The notes: generated by a model from the letters alone, not told the origin. DNA of 64,000 bases from an uncultured delta proteobacterium (GCA_963817385.1 CAWFOM010000003.1:32001-96000); one strand, 5' to 3'; counted from the stretch's first letter, positions 1-11,226 are shown. A program made the numbers and translations.

Positions 1-473
1 TCCCGGCCGGCATATATCTTATCGGCAAACGCCACCAGCACCCCCTGATCGGCGGCCGATGGATCGCAGGCAACCCTGAAAGCCGCGGAAAGATTGGAAG
101 GCCCGTCGGGCCATTCGGCACTGGCAGGCCTCTGCGCCCCGGTCAAGACGACCGGCTTCGGCGTATCGAGGAGCAGATCCAGGAGAAAGGCCGTCTCTTC
201 CAGCGTGGCCGTGCCATGGGTGACGACCGCCCCCTTGATCTCCTTCCTTTGGAGGGTGTCCTTGAGGAGCGTCCCCAACTCGAGCATATCGGAAGGGGTC
301 ATGTAGGGACTGTTGATCTTTCGGAAATCGATCGTCTCCACCTGATGATCCTTGAGATCAAGGCCGGAGATCAGATCTTCGCCGCTCTTTTTGGAAATAT
401 ACCCCTGGATTTTGCTGTCCATCTCCGCCGATATCGTTCCGCCCGTAGCGATCAACACTATTTTTTTCTTCAT
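1..473 (-). CDS. L-asparaginase/glutaminase family protein, 5' part (runs off window start)
   Basis: Hand translation of the minus strand from ATG 473: MKKKIVLIATGGTISAE...VVTHGTATLEETAFLLDLLLDTPKPVVLTGAQRP...DGPSNL. These are the ATGGTI and HGTxTLEET family motifs. Absent from the ORF track because it is truncated. Confidence 0.9.
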   Translation of the reverse strand, partial: MKKKIVLIATGGTISAEMDSKIQGYISKKSGEDLISGLDLKDHQVETIDFRKINSPYMTPSDMLELGTLLKDTLQRKEIKGAVVTHGTATLEETAFLLDLLLDTPKPVVLTGAQRPASAEWPDGPSNLSAAFRVACDPSAADQGVLVAFADKIYAGR

Positions 474-536
474 CGATGGATACACTCCTTCCGAATCGGT
501 TTATTGGTTTTTACTCCTGCGGCCAAACAGATCAAA

Positions 537-623
537 TGTCATGCCGGACCCCGGATCGAGTCCGGGGCAGGCTCTGATCAGGCATCCAGTCTATACTGGT
601 TCCCGGCAGGCGCCGGGACGACG
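537..623. repeat. REP-like palindromic element (two inverted units, one with a nested hairpin)
   Basis: TGTCATGCCGGAC[CCCGGATCGAGTCCGGGGCAGGCT]CTGATCAGGCATCCAGT, followed by an inverted unit whose reverse complement is CGTCGTCCCGGCGCCTGCCGGGAACCAGT. A related copy lies at 15930-15959. Confidence 0.7.
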
Positions 624-878
624 TGTGGATTCCGGGGCATCTTACACCCATCATGGCCGAACTGGCAATAATCGATCGCCAGTCAATCCGGAATCCGGCC
701 CGGCTGTTCATGCATCCGGCCTTTGAGAATATGCCTACCATTTTGTGTAATCTCAATTACCATTCCCTTCCAAAATTTTATGTCTTATTGAATAGTGGAA
801 TAATGCCAACCAGTGGGTGGTGCCCGATTCGTTCGGGATTGGTCAAGTAAGTCACTGAGCTGTTCAATAGGAGGCAAT

Positions 879-1409
879 ATGAATCTCTTCCGAATCATAG
901 CGATGTGTTTGATGATGGCATGGGCGATCGCCTCGCCGGCGGCGACAGCGGCCGCAGCCGACCCGGAGGCCGGGCAGCCGGCGAAATTTACCGTCGGCCA
1001 GCCGGCTCCCGATTTCGATCTGACCCTGATGAACGGGAAAAAGGTGACGCTGCGGGGGTTTCAAGGGAAGTCGGTGGTTGTCGTGTTCTGGCGCTCGGGG
1101 TGACCCGTATGTCAACGGGAGGCTCCCGTTTTAGAGGCAACATACAAGGAATACCGCAAGCGAGGCCTGGTGATTCTCGGGATTGGTATCATGCAGGACG
1201 AGGATCAACCTGCCCGCAATTTTGTGAAAAGATACAAGCTCACGTATCCGAACGGACGCGACATCTCGGGAACAATCGGATCGCTCTATGACGTTAAAGG
1301 TACGCCTACCGTCATTTTCGTCGATAAGGCGGGTAACCTGGTGGAGCGGCATGCGGGAGCGATGCCCGAGGAGGAGTTCCGGCAGCGGATCAAAGATCTC
1401 CTGAAATAG
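879..1409 (+). CDS. Secreted TlpA/redoxin-family thioredoxin-fold selenoprotein (UxxC active site)
   Basis: ORFs 813-1103 and 1170-1409 are in the same frame, separated only by TGA 1101-1103. Read-through gives VVVVFWRSG-U-PVC-QREAPVLEATYKEY, matching the FWxxWCxxC position. Signal peptide, APDFDL and GTPT motifs, GGAGG RBS. Confidence 0.88.
1104..1130 (+). promoter_or_regulatory. Candidate bacterial SECIS hairpin
   Basis: AACGGGA-GGC-TCCCGTT perfect stem (1114-1130) starting 10 nt after the in-frame TGA, with a G-containing apical loop. Confidence 0.7.
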
Positions 1410-1417
1410 GAGCGAAA

Positions 1418-2347
1418 ATGAGCAAGATCGAGATGCTTGAACCCGAGGTCCTGCACCAGTGGCTCGGCGAAGCGAAGCCGATCGTTGTCATCGACGTCCT
1501 GGTGGACGACCATTTCAAGGCCGTCCATCTTCCCGCGGCCAGAAACTTTTGCGTCTACGAGATCGTCTTCCTGGAGAACATCGCCAAAAGCATACCTGAC
1601 AAGGATCAGGAGATCGTTGTCTACGGGTCCGGCGAAAAATCACTGGAGGCAAAGACCGCAGCAGAAAAGCTCATCAACGCCGGTTACCGGAAGGTGCATG
1701 TATTGCGGGGCGGCCTGAAAGGGTGGAAGGCGCTGGGCTACGACGTGGAAGGCGAAGACGTCGCCGCACTCGAACGGACTGAGCAAGCCCCGCCCCTGGT
1801 CGACGGCCGTTACGCCGTTGACACCGAGCAGAGCGTCATCCACTGGTTCGGGCGGAACAAAAATACGATCCACCGGGGAACGCTCAATCTATCCGCGGGC
1901 GAGCTCATTTTCAAGAATGGCGAACCCACGGGGACCTTCGAGATCGATATGACATCGATAAAGGATATCGACCTGGAAGGCGACCCCCTCCAGCCGCAGC
2001 TGGTCGCCCACCTGAAGTCCGAGGACTTCTTTTTTGTCAGGATGTTCCCCAGGGCGTCCTTTACGATCACCTCCGCAAAGCAGATCGAAGAGGTGCCGTC
2101 GAGCCTGCACAATTTCAGCGTGCAGGGAATGTTCGAGTTGCGGGGCACGAAGAACGACCTCGCCTTCCTGGCAACGGCAAGCTCCCCGCAGAACGGCGAG
2201 GTCAAGATCGAGGCCCATTTCGACATCGATCGGACACGCTGGGGGGTGCTCTACGGGTCGAGCAAATTCTTCGAACACCTCGGTTATCATCTGGTCTACA
2301 ATCCGATAAGCGTTCAGATATGTCTTCTGGTGCGAATTAAAACATGA
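1418..2347 (+). CDS. Rhodanese-like domain + YceI-family fusion protein
   Basis: N-terminal VIDV...HLPAA...LRGGLKGW rhodanese pattern; C-terminal YceI pattern (HLKSEDFF, IDRTRWGV). Starts 8 nt after the selenoprotein stop. Confidence 0.85.
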   Translation: MSKIEMLEPEVLHQWLGEAKPIVVIDVLVDDHFKAVHLPAARNFCVYEIVFLENIAKSIPDKDQEIVVYGSGEKSLEAKTAAEKLINAGYRKVHVLRGGLKGWKALGYDVEGEDVAALERTEQAPPLVDGRYAVDTEQSVIHWFGRNKNTIHRGTLNLSAGELIFKNGEPTGTFEIDMTSIKDIDLEGDPLQPQLVAHLKSEDFFFVRMFPRASFTITSAKQIEEVPSSLHNFSVQGMFELRGTKNDLAFLATASSPQNGEVKIEAHFDIDRTRWGVLYGSSKFFEHLGYHLVYNPISVQICLLVRIKT

Positions 2348-2546
2348 GTGCCAGAAATTTTCAGATGAGAAGATAATTTACTGCCCATGAATAAGCCAGC
2401 CCTCCAAATATAGTACAATCCCTGTGACCCATTGTTTTACGTTAGCATTCTTGTGCAAATCGTGATAATCAGAGTGGCATATGTAAACCGGTGATTTCAG
2501 CATAAAAGTTAATAACCATGTATGAGGGTACCATGGACTGATTCCG

Positions 2547-2582
2547 AAACCCCGTGTCTCCAGAAGAGAACGGGGTTTTTTT
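2547..2582 (+). terminator. Rho-independent terminator-like hairpin
   Basis: AAACCCCGT...ACGGGGTTT stem followed by a T-run. Confidence 0.65.
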
Positions 2583-2665
2583 ATTGCAGATTAGGCGATT
2601 GCAGAGAATGAAATTCTGAACCATTGATGGGACTCCTCTGGTAATAGGAAGGAAGGTTCTAGCCC

Positions 2666-5600
2666 ATGCCCCAGATATTCGACAACATCGAAAGGCATCT
2701 CGTATCCGCTCTTTCAGAAGCGATGGGATTGTCGGAACGGGCGGATTTCTGCGTAGGCTATTTCAACCTGCGAGGATGGCGAAAGGTTGATTCACTGGTC
2801 GAGAAGTGGGCCGGAGGCGACGGCCATTGCTGCAGGCTTTTGGTGGGCATGCAGCAGATGCCGCAGGATCAACTCCGCTCAGCTATGAGCCTGGTCAAGG
2901 GCGAAGAGCAGATTGATCAGGCAACGGCCGTCGCCTTGAAGCGCAAGCTTGCGGAGGATTTTCGCAACCAACTGACCGTGGGGATCCCAACGAACGATGA
3001 TGAAGAGGGGCTTCGTCGCCTCGCGGCGCAAATCACCGCACGTAAGCTGGTTGTGAAGCTATTCCTTCGTCATCCGCTTCACGCGAAACTCTATCTGTGT
3101 TTCCGGCAAGACCCCCTCAATCCCAAGATCGGGTACCTGGGCAGCAGCAACCTCACCTTGGCGGGACTTTCAAAGCAGGGTGAACTCAATGTGGATGTCC
3201 TCGACCATGATGCCTGTGACAAGCTTGCCAGGTGGTTCAAGGATCGTTGGGACGACAGGTTCTGCATCGATATTTCCAAGGAACTCGTCGAGATCATCAA
3301 CACCAGTTGGGCGCGCCCCGAGCCGATTCCTCCGTATCACATTTACGTGAAGATGGCTTATCACCTTTCCCAGGAGGCGCGATCCGGTTTGACGGAGTTT
3401 CGCATCCCCAGCGATTTCGGTAACATGCTTTTTGAATTCCAAAAGGCGGCGGTGAAGATCGCCGCTCATCACCTCAACAAGCGCGGGGGCGTCGTCATCG
3501 GCGACGTTGTCGGGCTTGGCAAGACTCTGATGGCGACAGCGCTGGCCCGCATCTTTGAGGATGATCACTGTGTCGAAACACTCATCATATGCCCAAAGAA
3601 CCTGGTGCGTATGTGGGAGGATTACCGCCAGCAATATCGCCTTCGGGCCAAGGTGCTTTCCATCACCCAGGCTCAAAGGGAGCTTCCAGACCTGAGGCGG
3701 TTCCGCTTGGTGCTGATAGACGAAAGCCACAACCTGCGAAACAGAGAAGGCAGCCGCTATCGTGCCATCGCCGAGTACATCGCCGCCAACGACAGTCGCG
3801 TGATTTTGCTTTCGGCTACGCCATACAACAAGACCTATCTGGATCTGTCCAACCAGCTCCGCTTATTCATTGACGAGAAGAAGGACATTGGCATTCGCCC
3901 TGAGAAGTTGATCCGGGAACTGGGCGAGATGGAGTTCATAAAGCGCCACCAATGTCCCACTCGATCACTGGCTGCCTTTGAGAAGAGCGAATACGCTGAC
4001 GACTGGCGGGATCTCATGCGGCTCTATCTTGTCCGCCGCACTCGAAGCTTTATCGAGGATAACTACGCCAAGTTGGACCCAGAGCGCAAACGAAAGTATC
4101 TCGAATTCTCGGACGGGACAAGATCCTATTTCCCCACGCGCATTCCCAAGACGGTGAAGTTCGCAATCAGCGAGAAGGACCCCAACGACCCTTACGCGCG
4201 TTTGTTTTCCGACGACGTGGTCGATACGGTGAACGGCCTGGCGCTGCCACGATACGGCTTGGGCAACTATGTGAAACCGACGCCCCACGAACCGCCGACA
4301 CCCGACGAAGCCAGGGTACTGGCCGATTTGTCCCGTGCCGGCACGCGACTGAAGGGATTCTGCCGCACGAACCTCTTCAAACGTTTGGAGAGCAGCGGGC
4401 AGGCCTTCATTCAGTCCGTTGAGCGGCACATCCTCCGCAACTTTATCTGTCGTCCATGCGATGGAGAACGACCTGCCCCTCCCAATCGGAACGCAAGACA
4501 TAGGCATGCTTGATACCTGGGCGAATGACCAGGACAGCGACTGGTGGGATCCCGCCGCCGACGGTGACGACAATAACAATGCGACGGCAGATCCGGCCGT
4601 TGCCAGCCCGCATGTTACAACCGAAAAGGAATTTCGGGAGCGAGCATGCCAAGTTATACGACACCTACGCGAAACAATTCCGCCGAAGATTCAAGTGGCT
4701 CAAGCCTGATCTCTTCAATGATGACCTGGCCAAGGACCTGCGTAGGGATATCAGGTCGCTCATGAACGTCCTGAAAAAGGCGGGCGGCTGGGACCCCAAG
4801 CGCGACACGAAACTGCGGGAACTGCTCACTCTCCTGACCAAAAAACACGGCGAGGACAAAATCCTGGTATTCTCCCAGTTTGCCGACACGGTGGATTATC
4901 TTGCCGGTCAACTCAAGGCAGCCGGCCTGCAGGCTCTCGAAGGCGTAACCGGGGATACGGAAGATCCCACCGGAATGGCCTACCGTTTCAGCCCGGTCAG
5001 CAACAACAAACGCGATCGATCCGGAGCGATGAGCTGCGCGTGGTTCTTGCCACCGACGTGCTCAGCGAAGGCCAGAACCTTCAGGATTGCTCGATCGTCG
5101 TCAACTACGACCTGCCCTGGGCCATCATCCGACTGATCCAGCGCGCCGGACGTGTGGACCGTATCGGGCAAAAGTCGGATACGATACTCTGCTACTCGTT
5201 TTTGCCTGCCGATGGCGTGGAGAGGATCATCCGTCTGCGTGCACGGGTGCGACAGCGCCTGCAGGAGAACGCCGAGGTCGTCGGCACTGACGAGACGTTT
5301 TTCGAAGATCAGGACAATGCCGAGGTCGTACGCGATCTGTTCACCGAGAAAGCCGGCATCCTCGACGGCGACGAAGACACCGAGGTTGACCTGGCCTCCT
5401 ATGCGTATCAGATATGGAAAAACGCCATTGATCGAAATCCCGAACTGGAGAAGATCATTCCGGCCATGCCGAACGTGGTTTACTCGACGCGGCCGCATAA
5501 GCCGATGGCCGGTCAACCGGAAGGCGCGCTGCTCTACCTGCGAACGGCCGAGGGCAATGATGCCCTGGCCTGGATCGATAAGCAGGGCAACAGCGTCACC

Positions 5601-6056
5601 GAATCTCAATTTACCATATTGAAGGCCGCCGAATGCCTCCCCGATACCCCGGCGCTGCCGCGCCACAACGATCACCACGAGATGGTCGCCAAAGGGGTGA
5701 AACTGATTGTCGAAACCGAGAAATCCGTCGGCGGCCAACTCGGCCGCCCCTCCGGCGCCCGGTTCCGCACTTACGAGCGCCTGAAAGCATACGCCGAAGA
5801 AATCAAAGGCACTCTTTTCGATACGCCTGAACTCCTTAAGGCCATTGAGGAAATATACCGATATCCGTTGCTCCAGTCCGCGACCGACACACTGAACCGG
5901 CAGCTCAAGAGCGGGATCAGCAACCAAACATTGGCCGAGCTGGTGCTGTCGCTCCGCGCCGATGCCCGCCTCTGCCGCGTTGCTGAAAATGTTGAATCGA
6001 CCGAACCGCAAGTGATCTGTTCCCTTGGCTTAAAGAGTGAGGAGGTAAAGGGGTAG
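2666..6056 (+). CDS. PLD-nuclease + SNF2-family helicase fusion (~1130 aa; frameshifts near 4447, 4646, 5020)
   Basis: HAKLYLCFRQD...GSSNLT (HKD nuclease), DVVGLGKT, DESHN, SATP, VFSQFADT, LSEGQNLQ and QRAGRVDRIG, spread over consecutive ORFs 2666, 4419, 4510 and 5040. Confidence 0.88.
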
Positions 6057-6060
6057 AAGC

Positions 6061-9000
6061 ATGAAGATTAATGTCGCCGAAGTCCGCCAGTGCCTCAAGT
6101 CATTCGATTTCAGTACGCTCTTTCGCGAGCATCTCGGTTGGGATAACTGCCAGGCAAGGTTGGATATCCCGGTGGATGGCCGAAATATCCCCCTGACCGC
6201 CCTTGCGCAGAAACGGGGGTTTGTCGCTTTCGTTTGCGCTGGCCCTATCCCCGACCGAGCCACGCGCCTGAAAATTGACCACCAGACGACCAAATCCGTA
6301 CGCGAGCATTTCGTCATTTATGCCGACAAGAGCATTGGACGGCAGGTTTGGCAGTGGGTCCGCCGTGAGCAGGGCAAGCCCCTGGCCAGCCGCGACCACC
6401 GCTTTGATACCGGCCAGTCGGGCGATCCCCTCATTCAGCGACTCGACAATATTGCCGTGACCCTTGATGAGGAGGAGCAGATTACCGTCGTGGATGTGGC
6501 GGGACGCGCCCGGGCGGCCTTCGATGTGGACAGGATTACCAAGCGCTTCTACGATCGCTTCAAGACCGAGCACACGGCCTTTCTCAAGTTTCGTCAAGGG
6601 CATCAAGGCCGAAGCCGATCTTCAATGGTACACCTCGCTGATGCTCAACCGGCTGATGTTCATCTACTTCATCCAGAAGAAAGGCTTCCTTGACGGCGAC
6701 ACGGATTACCTGCGCAATCGCCTGAGGATGGTTCAGCAGGTCAGGGGTAGGGACAAGTTCCAGTCCTTCTACCGCTATTTTCTCCTGCGGCTTTTTCATG
6801 AAGGCCTGGGCAAATCGCCCGATGAGCGCAGGTTTGACCCAACCATGGAAGAGCTGCTCGGCAAGGTCCCGTACCTTAACGGCGGCTTCTTTGAAGTCCA
6901 CGATCTTGAAAAGCGTTACCCTGAGATCGATATCCCGGACAAGGCCTTCGAGAAGCTCTTCGACTTCTTCGACCAGTACTCCTGGCACCTTGACGAGCGC
7001 CCCTTGCGCGCCGACAACGAGATCAACCCCGATGTGGTCGGCTACATCTTTGAGAAGTATATCAACCAGAAGCAGATGGGGGCTTACTACACCAAGGAAG
7101 ACATCACCGAATACATCAGCAAGAATACGGTTATCCCGTTTCTCTTCGACGCTGCCCAAAAGAAGTGCGCTATCGCCTTCAACCCCGACAGCGCTCTGTG
7201 GCGCTTGCTGCGCGATAACCCCGACCGCTACCTATACCCTGCTGTCCGCCATGGTGTGATCCACGAAGACGGCTCTCTTGTCCCTGAGTCCGAGCTGCCC
7301 GATTTCGTGCAAAAGGGCATGCACGATCCCAAGGCCCGCATGCACGAAAACCGCTACAACCTCCAGCAGGCGCCGGGCGACGATCCGATACGCCTGGTCA
7401 CCGAAACCTGGCGCGAATACATCTATCGCCGGACCCGCTGTCTGGAAATCCGCGAGAAGCTCCGCAAGGGCGAAGTCCACCAGATCAATGACCTGATCAC
7501 GCTGAACCTGGACATCTGGCAGTTCGCCCGAGACGCCATCATCAATGCCGAAGGGCCGGAGCTGCTGCGCGCCTTCTGGCACGCCATCGAGAAGCTCACC
7601 GTTCTTGATCCGACCTGCGGGTCGGGCGCGTTTCTCTTCGCCGCCCTGCGAATCCTCGAGACGCTCTACAGCGATTGTCTGGAGCGGATGGAACGGTTTG
7701 TCGAGGATCTTGAAGGCAAGCCTCATCATCCTGAGCAATACAGCGACTTCAAGAAAATCCTGGCCCAGATCGCCAAGCACCCCAATGAACGCTACTTCAT
7801 TCTTAAGTCCATCATCATCAACAATCTCTTCGGAGTGGACATCATGGAAGAGGCGGTGGAAATCTGCAAACTGCGCCTCTTCCTCAAGCTCGTGGCCCAG
7901 GTCGAAACAGCAGAGCAGATCGAACCGTTGCCCGATGTCGATTTTAACATCCGGGCAGGCAATACGCTGGTGGGCTACGCCACGGCTGATCAGGCCCGCA
8001 AGGCCTTCACGGAAGAAGACAATCGGACAGGCAGATACAGAGTAAACTGCTTATCGGCGAAACAGAGCGATGCCTACAAGCGTTTTGAGGAAGAGCGCCG
8101 AACTGGTCGACAAGGCATTCCAGCCAATTCCGCGCCCAACAAACCACCCACGGCGGCAAGGTCACGTATAAGGACAAGCAGGAACTCCGCAAGCGCTTGG
8201 CGAAACTCGACGAGGAACTTGACCGCTATCTCGCCGGTGAATACGGAATCGATGTCAAGAAACAGAAGGAATTCGAGACCTGGAAAGCCAGCCACCAGCC
8301 TTTCCACTGGTTTGTGGAGTTCTACGGCATCATGAGCGGAGGCGGGTTTGATGTTATTATCGGCAATCCGCCTTATCTGGAACGGTCTAAACTGTCAGGT
8401 TCCTACTCGGTACGAGGATTCAAGACAGAAGCGTGTCGTGACATCTATTCTTGGGTGGTTGAGCGAACGTTCCACCTGATTAAAGCTACCGATGGAGGGA
8501 TAGGGTTAATCGTTCCCGTATCCCTGGCCTCCTCTGCTTCATTTAATGTGCTGCGTGACATCGTGGGAGCGCAATCGCGCTACCTGTGGCTTTCACATTT
8601 TGCCAACAGGCCTGGTCAACTCTTTGTCGGAGCTCAAAACCGTCTTATGATTATATTAAGTTCATCGGCTGGCCTGCGCACGAGCCAGTACAGCACGCGC
8701 TACCACCGCTGGGATGCAAGAAATGGCGAGAGGGATAAGCTTTTTACAACATTAAGATATGGAGTTCTAGAAGACCTGGCACGCGAGTTCCACGGGCTCT
8801 ATCCGAAGGTCGGCGCTACCGAAGGCTTGAGCATTCTCAGAAAGATCCGAGGCCCACAACCACTCAGTGCATCGTTGAAAAAGCAGTCGAAGTATCCGAT
8901 ATTCTGGGTAAGAGTGCCGGGGTATTTTTGTCAATTCTTTCTCGAACCACCCCAAGCGCGCCCTGAAAAAGGTGGTTCGTCCAGACCACGCGGAGAGATC

Positions 9001-9414
9001 AACCAGGTTTATGCGAATGATGAAACCATTCAGCGGAAGATCCATGCCATCCTAAATAGCTCTACGTATTTCCAGTTTTTTTCTGCCTATACCGATGGTC
9101 GACACATCAATCCTTCCGACGTGGCGGAGTTCCCTTTGACCTACGCCGATTCGAGACAAGAACGACGAAGCGCCTTGTGGAACTATCACAAAGACTCGAA
9201 TCTTCCATGGCAGACCATACCTCAAAGTGGCGGAAGAGCGGGCTAATTATCGATTCCGTTGACTCCCGTCATGTCAAACCAATCCTTGACGACATCGACT
9301 GCCTACTCGCCGGACACTTACGGCTTTACGGATGAAGAACTGGATTTCATCATCAACTACGACATCAAGTACCGCATGGGAAATGCCGACGATGAAACAG
9401 GCAATGATGAGTAA
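6061..9414 (+). CDS. Eco57I/Type IIG-like N6-adenine DNA methyltransferase with C-terminal specificity region (several frameshifts)
   Basis: PYLNGGFF, GAYYT, LDPTCGSGAFL, FGVDI and IIGNPPY across ORFs 6061, 6464 and 8197. Tail YGFTDEELDFIINYDIKYRMG...DE ends at TAA 9414. Confidence 0.88.
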
Positions 9415-9433
9415 ATAAAGGAAGGCGATCTTT

Positions 9434-10481
9434 ATGTTTAAGCCGAAATACAAATACTCGGATCAGATGATTGGTCTTTTAACCCGGATAGCCGCGGCAA
9501 GGGAGGTTATCCTCGGGTGCGCCGCTGATTCCCCGGTGGGAAATATCCCTGCGCCGGGAGGCCATTGTTCGCAGCGCACATTCTTCGACCAGCATTGAAG
9601 GCAACAACCTTTCGCTGGAGCAGGTTAGCGATCTTGCCGCCGGGCGCAAAATCATGGCCAAACGAAAAGACAAGGAAGAAGTCCTCAATTATATTCAAGT
9701 TCTCGAAAAATTGGACGCCCTGCCCACGAACGGTGAAATAACGGAAGCGAATATCAAAAACATCCAGAAGCTGCTGACGGTCAACGCCATTGACGATCCT
9801 CGGGATTGCGGCACTTACCGCAGTGAGACCAATAAATATGTCGTGGTGGGCAACCGGCTGACCGGTGAAATCTCTTTCCGGCCGCCCGCCAACAAAGAAC
9901 TTCCCCAACTGATGAAGGATTACGTGCAATGGCTTAATTCAGATAAGGCCCGCGGACTTGATCCGGTTATTATGGCGGGAATTGCGCATTATGAATTTGT
10001 CCGGATTCACCCGTTTGTTGACGGCAACGGAAGAACCGCTCGCGTCATCGCGGCGCTGATTCTCCGCCTCCGAGGATTTGACACCAAACAGTTTTTTTGT
10101 TTGGACGATTACTACGATATGGATCGAACCGAATATTACAAGGCATTGCGGGCCGTCCATCCCCAAAAGCGCGATCTGACCCACTGGCTGGAATATTTTG
10201 TGGAAGGCGTGGCCGTCAGTATTGACGCCGTGCGCGAACGCGTTGTGCGTTTGAGCACGGAGCGCGTCAGGACCAGAAAGAAGGGTCAAATTGCTCTGAC
10301 GGAAAGACAAATGCGGATCGTGGAATACATCAATAAGCACGGTAAAATGAACATCGGCGGCGTGGCGGCAATGTTTAAAATAAGCAGGCAGGCAGCGCTC
10401 AAGGAAATCGGCAAGCTGGTTGATCTGGACGTTATCAGGCGGGAAGGCCAGGCCAGAGCCAGCTATTATGTGATGCGATAA
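9434..10481 (+). CDS. Fic family protein with internal inhibitory helix and C-terminal wHTH (frameshift near 9515)
   Basis: HPFVDGNGRTAR motif. In-frame SAHSSTSIEGN lies upstream of the annotated 9654 start. MFKPKY start at 9434 follows a GGAAGG RBS. Confidence 0.85.
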
Positions 10482-10483
10482 CC

Positions 10484-10522
10484 GGTTGTCGATTTGGTTG
10501 TCGATTTGGTTGTCGATTTGGT
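10484..10522 (+). repeat. 12-bp tandem repeat GGTTGTCGATTT x3
   Basis: Three exact copies immediately after the Fic stop codon. Confidence 0.95.
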
Positions 10523-10563
10523 GAGCCGAGCGATGTCTTGTAAAGACGAATTTAGGGCAAACC

Positions 10564-11226
10564 ATGAGCACACCACGAACAATCATGCGGACAGATAAAG
10601 AGTACCCGGTGGTTCTACAAAATCGCCTCGGCGTTGCTGCGCCCGCTCAACTTTATGCAATCGGCAATGCGGCCGTTTTACAGCGGAGTCTCCAGGGTCT
10701 GATTTGCTCGATTAAATGTCCCGGAAGTATCGTCCTTAAAACATTCGACGCCGTCCGCGCCCTGCGGGATAAGGGTGTAACGATGATTGGCGGCTTTCTT
10801 TCGCCGATGGAACGCGATTGCCTTGATATTTTGTTGCGAGGCAAACAACCGATTATCCTCTGCCCGGCGAGAACGATTCTGGGTTTGCGCTTGGGCAAAG
10901 AGGCGCGCAAAGCGATCGACGAGGACCGCCTGCTGGTGCTTTCCCCGTTTGACGAAAGTGTCCGGCACACGACGACGGCGCAGGCGGTTTGGCGCAACAA
11001 CCTGGTGGCCGCCCTGGCCGAGGCCCTTTTCGTGCCGCATGCCGCCCCCGGCGGTAAAACATGGTCAACCGTCAAAGCGGCGCTAAGAAGAAATCAACCT
11101 GTATTTACTTTCGATGTGCCTGATAACGCTGACCTGCTCGAATCAGGGGCGCGACCTTTTGAACTTCTGCTTGTGCAGGCGGATTCTCCGAAAGCGCAAA
11201 CCGATCAATTCACTGGACGTCAATGA
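10564..11226 (+). CDS. Short DprA/SMF-like (SLOG superfamily) protein
   Basis: YPVVL...APAQLYAIGN, LVLSPF, RNNLVAALAEALFV, GGKTWSTVKAAL; lacks the extra domains of full-length DprA. Confidence 0.75.
   Translation: MSTPRTIMRTDKEYPVVLQNRLGVAAPAQLYAIGNAAVLQRSLQGLICSIKCPGSIVLKTFDAVRALRDKGVTMIGGFLSPMERDCLDILLRGKQPIILCPARTILGLRLGKEARKAIDEDRLLVLSPFDESVRHTTTAQAVWRNNLVAALAEALFVPHAAPGGKTWSTVKAALRRNQPVFTFDVPDNADLLESGARPFELLLVQADSPKAQTDQFTGRQ

Noticed and set aside
1101..1103. TGA as a true stop or pseudogene lesion
   Set aside because: It falls exactly on the redox Cys position and is followed by a SECIS-like stem and an intact downstream frame.
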